Assembly: GCF_003086415.1 (NCBI RefSeq)
Contig: NZ_QEFP02000004.1
Location: 63,962-95,961, forward strand
Origin: Candidatus Nanobsidianus stetteri
Lineage (GTDB): Archaea; Nanobdellota; Nanobdellia; Nanobdellales; Nanobdellaceae
Direction of reading: 5' to 3'
DNA length: 32,000 nucleotides
The translations under genes were made by a program, and so were the position numbers. The notes below the pieces were generated by a model. It saw only the letters and a list, made by a program, of their open reading frames with translations, was not told where the DNA came from and did not search any database. Positions 24,685 to 32,000 of the stretch are shown here, in pieces. Every line of letters begins with the position of its first letter. Positions within the stretch are counted from its first letter, which is position 1.

Positions 24685-25272
24685 ATGAAAATAGAAATAG
24701 ATGGTAAGTTAATACAAATAATAGAAGGATCAAATGAAAGAGTTAGGGATTATCTAGATTTTATGAATAAACTTTCTCATGATCCTGACAATTATACATT
24801 AAGTAGATATAGTAAAATAGATGAACAAAAAATTATTGAATGGTCCAAATCTTGGGGAAAGAGTACTATTATGATATTAGCATACAATGATTCTAAAGTT
24901 GTAGGGTTTTTTCAAGCAACACGTGGTAAATATTTTGGTCCTGATAGACAATTTCATGTTGCAGAAATAGCCTATGCAGTTGATAAAGAATTTAGAGGTA
25001 AAAGATTAATATATATTTTATTTAATGAAGCAATAAAAAGGCTTGAAAACGTTAAAATACTTACTGCATGGGTAGATGAAAGGAATATAAGATCCAGGAA
25101 ACTTTTAATAAAGTTGGGATTTGAAGAAACCTGTAAAATTAATAAATTTATATATTCTGAGAAAGAGAAAACGTTCTGTAATCTTATAATGTATATAGGA
25201 AATATAGATATAGTTAAGACTAAATTGGAAGAGGAGCTAGCAAAGAGAAATTATAATTTATATGAAGAATAA
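24685..25272 (+). CDS. GNAT-family N-acetyltransferase
   Basis: VVGFFQA...AYAVDKEFRGKRLIYILFNEAI...RSRKLLIKLGFEE matches acetyl-CoA-binding motif A and the beta-bulge pattern. Confidence 0.7.
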   Translation: MKIEIDGKLIQIIEGSNERVRDYLDFMNKLSHDPDNYTLSRYSKIDEQKIIEWSKSWGKSTIMILAYNDSKVVGFFQATRGKYFGPDRQFHVAEIAYAVDKEFRGKRLIYILFNEAIKRLENVKILTAWVDERNIRSRKLLIKLGFEETCKINKFIYSEKEKTFCNLIMYIGNIDIVKTKLEEELAKRNYNLYEE

Positions 25273-25411
25273 TTCATATTATTAGAATTTGAATATTTCA
25301 AATTTCTCATGAAATTTTACTTTGTCAATAAAAGATTTTTTCCGAAAAAGAATACCAATCTCTTATCTTTCTTTCAACCCAATAAATATTAAACAAAAGG
25401 GAAAAATATTT

Positions 25412-26299
25412 TTAAGAACTAATATACTTCCATGATAAAATTATACCAACTATAGAAAGAACTGTGGCAAATATTATAAGATATATAAAATCTATTGTTA
25501 GGTTTGTTTGTATACCGAGTAACATTCCTCTTATTACCGCATTTGAATAAGTTAATGGATTTATTTCTGCAATTGGTTTTAACCATGAAGGCATTGAATT
25601 TATAGGATAAAATGCATTGCTAGTAAATAGTAATGGTAAATTTACTAAATTCATAACTGCCATTTGTGACTGCCACGAACTTGCCCTAATAGCTATCATC
25701 AAAAATAAAGAAGAAAGTCCAAATGACATTAAAAATAGAGCAGCATAAGCTCCAAGAAAGTCAAATATATTTATTCCAGGATAAAAGGACATTCCCAATA
25801 ATACTGCAACAATTAGGACAATGGTGGCTTGTACCAAAGATCTAATTACTGAAGATAATACTTTACTTATAATTATGTTACTCCTTGATACTGGGGTTGT
25901 TAAAAGTCTATCCAATACACCCAGCCTTCTATCCCATACCATTGACATACCGCTTTGCATTGAAGTAAACAAAACTATAAAAGATAACATTCCAGCAGCT
26001 AGATAAGAAAAATAATCTGTTGTTCCAAAAGTTTGTTTTAATATTTCTTGCCCAATTTGATCAATTATTTCTTTTGGTATATTCAATCCTGGTATTGAAA
26101 GAGTTGTACCTGAGAAAAGAGCTTGTAAGTTCATTGCTTTCCCGAATAGTGCTATCCAAAGTATTGGTTGTATAATAGATAATAAAAGAATTACTGGAGC
26201 CTTGTACCATTTCTTTAACTCTCTATTTGTTAAAGTCCACAAACCATGGAAAGGGGATCTATCTATATCCTCTTCTCTATTTTTTATTTCCTTAACCAT
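25412..26299 (-). CDS. ABC-2 type exporter permease
   Basis: It has six hydrophobic segments with ABC-2 family topology. It lies immediately downstream of the ATPase gene, with a 2-nt gap. Confidence 0.85.
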   Translation of the reverse strand: MVKEIKNREEDIDRSPFHGLWTLTNRELKKWYKAPVILLLSIIQPILWIALFGKAMNLQALFSGTTLSIPGLNIPKEIIDQIGQEILKQTFGTTDYFSYLAAGMLSFIVLFTSMQSGMSMVWDRRLGVLDRLLTTPVSRSNIIISKVLSSVIRSLVQATIVLIVAVLLGMSFYPGINIFDFLGAYAALFLMSFGLSSLFLMIAIRASSWQSQMAVMNLVNLPLLFTSNAFYPINSMPSWLKPIAEINPLTYSNAVIRGMLLGIQTNLTIDFIYLIIFATVLSIVGIILSWKYISS

Positions 26300-26301
26300 C
26301 T

Positions 26302-27297
26302 TTATTCTCTAGCTCTTCTCAAAGTTCTTCTCATTGCAAATACTTCTTTCGAATCAGCCTCCTCATCCCTCATTTTTCTACCTGTATATTCCATATAAAC
26401 TTCATCCATTGTAGGTTCTGTTATTGACATTTTTAATACTTTTAGACCACTTTTTATTAATTTTTCAAGAATTTTAGGAGCCATTTCTTCTCCATCCTTT
26501 ACTTTTATCCTTAGCATATTATCAACTTTCTTTATATCAATTATACCATCAAGATTTTGTAATAACTTTATAGCTTCATCATCATTTGAAGTACTCAAAG
26601 TAATTACATCACCTCCTATACTTTCTTTTAATTCTTTAGGTGATCCTATAGCAAGTATCTTACCATGATCAATTATAGCTATTCTATCAGCATAAAGATC
26701 AGCTTCTTCTAAATAATGGGTAGTAACAAATATAGTCATACCATATTCTTTCTTAAGCTTCATAATATAGTTCCAAATTGCACTTCTAGTTTGAGCATCT
26801 AAACCTATAGTTGGTTCATCTAAGAATAAGATCTTTGGTCTACTAATTAAAGACATTGCTATTTCTAGTCTCCTCCTCATTCCTCCGCTATATGTTTGTA
26901 CTTTTCTATTCATTGCTTGAGTTAATTCAACCATATCTAATAATTCCTTAGCTCTTTCCTTAGCTACATCCTTCTTTATACCATAAAGCCCTGCCATTAA
27001 CATCATATTTTCCCATCCTGTCAAATCTTCATCAGCAGTAAACTCTTGAGGTACTACTCCGATAGAGTTCCTTACTTTTGCTGGTTCTTTAATTATGTCA
27101 TAACCATTAACTATAGCAGTTCCTTCAGTAGGTTTTAATACGGTAGTTAACATTTTTATAGTGGTTGATTTTCCAGCACCATTGGGTCCTAGAAAACCAA
27201 ATATTTCTCCCTCTTTAACTTCAAAATTTATATGATCAACCGCTACAAATTTGCCAAAAGCTTTAGTAAGATTTATTGCTTTTATTGCTTCACCCAC
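26302..27297 (-). CDS. ABC transporter ATP-binding protein (DrrA/CcmA-like, with C-terminal regulatory domain)
   Basis: It has Walker A GPNGAGKST, the Q-loop, the signature YSGGMRRR, Walker B ILFLDEPT and the H-loop TTHY. It has a GTG start, with TTTTAAA about 27 nt upstream. Confidence 0.9.
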   Translation of the reverse strand: MGEAIKAINLTKAFGKFVAVDHINFEVKEGEIFGFLGPNGAGKSTTIKMLTTVLKPTEGTAIVNGYDIIKEPAKVRNSIGVVPQEFTADEDLTGWENMMLMAGLYGIKKDVAKERAKELLDMVELTQAMNRKVQTYSGGMRRRLEIAMSLISRPKILFLDEPTIGLDAQTRSAIWNYIMKLKKEYGMTIFVTTHYLEEADLYADRIAIIDHGKILAIGSPKELKESIGGDVITLSTSNDDEAIKLLQNLDGIIDIKKVDNMLRIKVKDGEEMAPKILEKLIKSGLKVLKMSITEPTMDEVYMEYTGRKMRDEEADSKEVFAMRRTLRRARE

Positions 27298-27640
27298 TTT
27301 TATGATTTTATCAATTTTCTTTAAAAGCTTTCCTATTTCTTATCTATTATATAAAGTTGGTTCTACATAAAATAAATTTTGTTAGATGCTTTTTCTATTC
27401 TAGACATTTATATAGCAAAAATAAAGTTCTTTCCAATAGAATATGAAAAATTTTATATAATGATTATGAATAATAACTTGAGAAATTGAAATATTGTAAA
27501 TTTAAAATACATTAAAGTTAGAAGAGATAATTAAATCATTAAATCTTAAATTTGTAAAGACTGTTTTTCTAATTATTAGACTTAGAAATATATATTTAAT
27601 AAAGATTAATAAAAACTTTTAAATACTTCTAATATAAAAC

Positions 27641-27985
27641 TTAATATTCTTCATATTTATCAATAAATTTTGAATACCAATTTTTATATTCTTCTTCAGA
27701 TATTATATGTAATTCTATAGGATCTTCTATACCTAATTTTTTATATATTTTTGCAGCAATTTCTGCTCTTTCAAAATTATCCTTAATATTTGGTAATATT
27801 ATCAATATATCTATATCACTATCTATTCTATAATTTCCTCTAACAATTGATCCGAATAAAATTATTCTACAATTTTTATCTATTTCATTAACACAAATTT
27901 CTTTAATTCTTTTAACATATTCTCTCGCATTTTTTAATATTTTAATTCTTTCTTCCCACTTATTTTTAAAGTATTCCAAGTACAT
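27641..27985 (-). CDS. minimal nucleotidyltransferase (MNT), predicted antitoxin of a HEPN-MNT pair
   Basis: It has LFGSIVRGNYRIDSDIDILII (GSxxxGxxxxxSDxD). Its start overlaps the upstream HEPN gene by 20 nt. Confidence 0.8.
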   Translation of the reverse strand: MYLEYFKNKWEERIKILKNAREYVKRIKEICVNEIDKNCRIILFGSIVRGNYRIDSDIDILIILPNIKDNFERAEIAAKIYKKLGIEDPIELHIISEEEYKNWYSKFIDKYEEY

Positions 27986-28334
27986 TTAATATATTTTTAA
28001 CTACTTGATAAGCCTTTTCTGCAAATTTTTTATCATATGTAAATGGTAAATATCTTGAAGAAATATATGCTTGTTTTATTAATTCTAAAGTTGTATATTC
28101 TACATCCATTATTTCTTTTAATTTATTATCTTTCGCTAATTCAATAACTTTATTTAATAATATAATAATATCATTTGTTTTATCATATGTTCCAGTTAGT
28201 TCATATAATTTATATTTTAAACTTAATTGTAATGATTGTTCTAAATGAAACATAGCTAAATTATATTTTCCTTCATTTAAATTTCTTTCTCCTTCTTTAA
28301 AGAAATCTATTGAATTATTTTTAAGAAAATCCAT
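27966..28334 (-). CDS. HEPN domain protein, predicted toxin partner of the MNT
   Basis: It is a four-helix protein with EGKYNLAMFHLEQSLQLSLKYKL and ISSRYLP, and its genetic coupling to the MNT is typical of the pair. Confidence 0.75.
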   Translation of the reverse strand: MDFLKNNSIDFFKEGERNLNEGKYNLAMFHLEQSLQLSLKYKLYELTGTYDKTNDIIILLNKVIELAKDNKLKEIMDVEYTTLELIKQAYISSRYLPFTYDKKFAEKAYQVVKNILNVLGIL

Positions 28335-28532
28335 ATAAATTTTTTATTTTATAAGTTTTAAAATCTTCTTTTTTATTATTCGAATTATTTATTTCTTCTT
28401 TTAATTACTAGAAAATTTATTTATAATAATTTATATAAAAATTTGTTTAAGAAGCTATCTATAGTTTTTATAAATTTAATTCTCTAAAAACATTTAAAAA
28501 CTTTTAAAATTTTACTACCATAATATAGTAGT

Positions 28533-29501
28533 ATGAGTAAGTTATATGAAGAATATAAATGGTCAGAATTAGTAAATGATGAAGTAAGAAAATATAGGGG
28601 TAGCATAAGAGAGGGATCTCTCTTAGATGAATTCTTAGAACTTGCTAAAGAAAAGAAAGAGAAAGATCCAACAGTATATATAATAGATCGTTCTCTATTA
28701 AAAGAAATTGTAGGATGTGCTTTAACTGATGGATATAAAATACAAGACCAACAAGCTAGATTAGAATACTGTGTTAATGAACATTATTCTGAACTACCTG
28801 CAGATATTAAAGATATATTGAAAAGTATTTCTGAGGATGGTATACCACAAGAAAAAATTTACCTAGATAAAATACTACAAATGGACTCAAAATCTTTAGA
28901 AGACTTTATAGATTTATATACACAAAATATCGGTACAGGATATACTTTTTGGAGTCCATCAAAAACAAGAATAGTAATAATAAGAGATGACTTATTTTCC
29001 GGATCTGACCCTTTACTTAAAACAATTATACATGAATATGTTCATTCAACTGGTAAAGACAGTTCTGATATTTTCCCAATGACTTATCCTATGATAAATG
29101 ATATAATTGAAAAGCATATAAAACCTCACGATCCTAGATATAAAGAATATGATTATAAGAAAATAAAATATTTGATGTTGAACCTTGAAACTACAACAGA
29201 ACTATCAGCAATATATATATTGCAAGATTCTGACTTAATAGAGCCAATTATAAATAGAAAAGAATTCTTAGAGAAAAAACTTTATCAAATTAATCAACTA
29301 AAAGAAAAAACTGGAATTTCTAAAATTCCAAGAGAAGATGCAATCCTTGCTTATTTGGTAGGACATTTTATATTTGAACAAAAAGATAAAAATGATGATA
29401 TAAGAGAAATATCGAAAAAGACTAATAAGATCATAGAAGATGTCTTAAGATTATATATTAAAGAAGTAAAGAATAAATCCGAAAAAGAAAATAGATCTTA
29501 G
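28533..29501 (+). CDS. hypothetical cytoplasmic protein with an HExxH zinc-peptidase-like motif
   Basis: TIIHEYVHSTG (HExxHxxG) sits in the middle of the protein. There is no N-terminal signal or TM segment. Beyond the motif, no family was recognised. Confidence 0.5.
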   Translation: MSKLYEEYKWSELVNDEVRKYRGSIREGSLLDEFLELAKEKKEKDPTVYIIDRSLLKEIVGCALTDGYKIQDQQARLEYCVNEHYSELPADIKDILKSISEDGIPQEKIYLDKILQMDSKSLEDFIDLYTQNIGTGYTFWSPSKTRIVIIRDDLFSGSDPLLKTIIHEYVHSTGKDSSDIFPMTYPMINDIIEKHIKPHDPRYKEYDYKKIKYLMLNLETTTELSAIYILQDSDLIEPIINRKEFLEKKLYQINQLKEKTGISKIPREDAILAYLVGHFIFEQKDKNDDIREISKKTNKIIEDVLRLYIKEVKNKSEKENRS

Positions 29502-29741
29502 ATTATATATTATGACTTGATATATTTTTAGAAGAATAAATAAAATCCAAAACAGATATATACGAAATATAAAAATATATTTTTTAGGGACATAAGAAAT
29601 TTAAGTTAGAAAAGATTTTTAATATAAATGTTATAATCAACTTACATTCTTTGGTTAATTTAAATACCATCTAACATTAACATATAAAATTATAAGTATA
29701 ATGAGAGCATAAAAAATATAGTAAAATAATTATATAAATTC

Positions 29742-31172
29742 CTACCTACTCATCTTTTCTATTTTTTTCGTAAAATTAATAAGAATCCACTTATAATATG
29801 TACTTTCATGTGAAAAATAATTACACCAAGCCCCAATTTTTCCTATATTATCTTTAATATGGAATAATCTGTATGCAAGAATCGTAGATAAATAACCTGA
29901 TTTATCAAATTTATTTATTTCTTCAATAGCATCTAATATTTTTGTAATTAATTTTCTTTTCTTTCCATATTTTTTAACTATATGATCCAAAAGTTTTATC
30001 AAATAATCCGAAGTTAAACTATATTTACTTATTATACCTCTATATATTTCTTCCAATATTTTAGAGTCAGTTATAAGTTCATAAGGATCTCTTTTATTTA
30101 ATTCATTTTCTAAATATTCTAAATCTTTTTCAGAATTTATCAATCTATATAATCTAAAAGAAACAAATTGAGGATAATATTTTAGTATATTTGAGTATTT
30201 TGTAAATAGATCCTTTCCTATTAAATTTATAACATTGTATAATTTATCATAATCTATAAAATTATACTTTTTATTATTTGTATGAATTATTATATATCTA
30301 ACAATTCTTCCTCCTTTATTTATTAACTGATTAAATATTTCTAATTTTATTTCCTGATTTATTTTTTCATTAAAATATATATTTTCAAAGTACTTTGTTA
30401 GAATAAATAAGAAATCTTTTGCCTTTATTTTTTCGAAATTTATATTATCTATAAGATCAATAATTGAAGGATTTCTAACAACCTGATTTAAAATTAATAT
30501 TAAATCTTCTTCATTTTGTACTTTATAATATAAACCATTGGAAGAAAATATATTTAATAATTTTACAAATTTTTCCTTCGGAATTTTATCTTTTAATTTT
30601 ATTATAAGATAAGGTTCTCCACTAAAACTTCCAATAACTTTTATTATAAAGTCTCTTACTATCTTAATATCTATATCTTTATCAACAATTAAATTTAAAC
30701 TCTCAGATAAAGCTGTATGCATAACTATTCTTAGTTTATATTTTTCTTTTATTAAATAAGCCAAAGTCTCTAATAAAACTTTTATTCTTTCTTTATCTAA
30801 ATTTTCTATATTTTTTCCAATTGTTTCTATTATAGACATTGTATTTATTTGGTATAAATCTTCAAATTTCCTTAATATACGTATCAACCTCTTCAATATT
30901 TTTTTACCAAACTTTTCTCTAATTAAATATATATACGTTAAAAATTCTTTTGGAATATCTAAGATCTCTTTTACTAAGAATAATCTTCGAAAATATATAG
31001 TAACTACATCATTATTAATCATTTCTTCAACAGCTTTTTCACCTTTTAATCTAATTAAGTGATCTATATTTTCACAAATAATTCTTCTCATTTTTTCTAT
31101 ATCTAAATCTTCATAAACTTCAGGATATCTACTCAATGTTATTCTACTTAAAAATTCCTCACAATATTTCAT
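29742..31172 (-). CDS. hypothetical large alpha-helical protein (476 aa), orphan
   Basis: The ORF is clean. The sequence is helix-rich with no P-loop, nuclease or TM motifs that I can see. Confidence 0.55.
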   Translation of the reverse strand: MKYCEEFLSRITLSRYPEVYEDLDIEKMRRIICENIDHLIRLKGEKAVEEMINNDVVTIYFRRLFLVKEILDIPKEFLTYIYLIREKFGKKILKRLIRILRKFEDLYQINTMSIIETIGKNIENLDKERIKVLLETLAYLIKEKYKLRIVMHTALSESLNLIVDKDIDIKIVRDFIIKVIGSFSGEPYLIIKLKDKIPKEKFVKLLNIFSSNGLYYKVQNEEDLILILNQVVRNPSIIDLIDNINFEKIKAKDFLFILTKYFENIYFNEKINQEIKLEIFNQLINKGGRIVRYIIIHTNNKKYNFIDYDKLYNVINLIGKDLFTKYSNILKYYPQFVSFRLYRLINSEKDLEYLENELNKRDPYELITDSKILEEIYRGIISKYSLTSDYLIKLLDHIVKKYGKKRKLITKILDAIEEINKFDKSGYLSTILAYRLFHIKDNIGKIGAWCNYFSHESTYYKWILINFTKKIEKMSR

Positions 31173-31228
31173 AATATTAATATTTAATTTTAAATTTTAA
31201 TTTCTTTATTATTTATTTATCGAGATTT

Positions 31229-32000
31229 CTAAGACTGAGGATCTACAACCTGGCCAATAAATAATATTTCTTTTGTCCTTAAATCAATTATCATAAATAT
31301 AAATGGTCTATTTATTTTTATTATTGTTTGTCTTGGAATTATATTTATTGCTGCTCCTATTCCAACTTCTGTAATAGTTACTGCAGCAGCTTTGGTTCCT
31401 TCTTCATTATTTTCAATATAAGCAGCCTGCTTAAATAATGAAACATATAAATTCTCATTAGAGCCTTTAGAATATACTATATTTGAAAGATTTGAAGATC
31501 CTGGATTAAATATTGTATTTATACCCAAGGATTCGAGATATGGTATTAAATTGTATTCATCACTAAAACTAAACTTTGGCATGTATAATTCATTTGCTAC
31601 AGTTCCATTTAAATTATTTAAATAATAATATAAGTTATTTAAAGTAAGATTTGATAATATATCTGATAAATTACATAAATTTTGTCCTTCTAATCCATCA
31701 CATGGATTAGCTACATAACCGTATAAATCGTAATAAGGATTATATGGAAGAATTACAACCATAGCCATATCATTTCCTTTATAAGGTATTTCTATAACCC
31801 ATATATTACCAAAAACCCCATCTTCTAATGAAACATCATTTGCAACCATTGTTGGCACTTTTATAACATTTGTTGGCGAAATATAGAAATTTCTAGGTTT
31901 AGTATCCCCCTTATTAAATTGTGTTGCCCATTTTCCATAGAAATATATAGCATTTACTATAACTAATAATGTATTTTCATCAATATCACATGGTGATATT
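31229..32000 (-). CDS. serpin (serine protease inhibitor); the N-terminus lies beyond the right window edge
   Basis: The frame stays open to base 32000 (my translation: ..NTLLVIVNAIYFYGKWATQFNKGDTKPRNFYISPTNVIKVPTMVAN..). It has YMPKFSF, an inhibitory-type hinge EEGTKAAAVTI and the C-terminal NRPFIFMIIDLRTKEILFIGQVVDP. Confidence 0.85.
   Translation of the reverse strand, partial: ISPCDIDENTLLVIVNAIYFYGKWATQFNKGDTKPRNFYISPTNVIKVPTMVANDVSLEDGVFGNIWVIEIPYKGNDMAMVVILPYNPYYDLYGYVANPCDGLEGQNLCNLSDILSNLTLNNLYYYLNNLNGTVANELYMPKFSFSDEYNLIPYLESLGINTIFNPGSSNLSNIVYSKGSNENLYVSLFKQAAYIENNEEGTKAAAVTITEVGIGAAINIIPRQTIIKINRPFIFMIIDLRTKEILFIGQVVDPQS

Noticed and set aside
25286-25304. A perfect 8-bp palindrome, AATTTGAA-TAT-TTCAAATT, just after the GNAT stop, considered as a terminator hairpin
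   Set aside because: The stem is almost entirely A-T with marginal stability, such palindromes are frequent by chance in DNA this AT-rich, and archaeal termination mainly uses oligo-T tracts.
27298-27640. A 343-nt non-coding spacer as a possible ncRNA or small-protein locus
   Set aside because: It has no GC-rich stem regions and no C/D box arrangement. There are only ORFs of 22 codons or fewer and one weak 6-bp inverted repeat. It probably holds the ABC operon promoter (TTTTAAA about 27 nt before the GTG) plus decayed DNA. RNA-seq would be needed to say more.

Overview
This window is extremely AT-rich (roughly a quarter G+C by eye) and very gene-dense. It is clearly archaeal: it carries an archaeal-type short triosephosphate isomerase, RNA polymerase subunit D/Rpo3, ribosomal protein S3Ae, an archaeal-type LeuRS and ValRS, a PDO-type protein disulfide oxidoreductase, and a C/D box sRNA candidate. 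TTTATAAA-like TATA boxes sit about 25-29 nt upstream of start codons, which implies leaderless mRNAs. Short or overlapping gene junctions, a K/I/N/E/Y-biased proteome and thermophile-type redox genes suggest a reduced DPANN/Nanoarchaeota-like genome, but this is inference and not verifiable here. I support about 35 CDS, 3 tRNAs (Val-UAC, Gly-GCC, Ser-GCU), 1 C/D box sRNA candidate and 1 clear pseudogene. No CRISPR array, rRNA or transposase was seen. Most genes are housekeeping: PDO, TrxR, DUF59, RpoD, ValRS, TIM, P-type ATPase, GT2, RNase Z, LeuRS, S3Ae, an RlmI-like MTase and PGI/PMI. The observations most worth a second look are listed here. (1) valS is broken by one extra A in an A7 tract. 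(2) A tRNA-Gly sits with 4 and 8 nt spacers between two coiled-coil genes, and one of those genes carries a Q/N/G-rich FG-like low-complexity domain. (3) A Cys-free Cas4-like nuclease appears to share an operon with a membrane-anchored, sequon-dense Lon-like protein and an RNA methyltransferase. (4) A 68-aa ubiquitin-like protein ends in GG. (5) A relatively GC-richer patch (23976..27297) holds an isochorismatase-like gene, a GNAT and an ABC-2 exporter. (6) The right-hand accessory patch holds an intact HEPN-MNT pair, a cytoplasmic HExxH protein, a 476-aa orphan helical protein and a serpin. (7) A second HEPN-MNT module is visibly decaying. I cannot name a single proven novel system. The best candidates are the 14116..15296 pair and the 27641..32000 patch.
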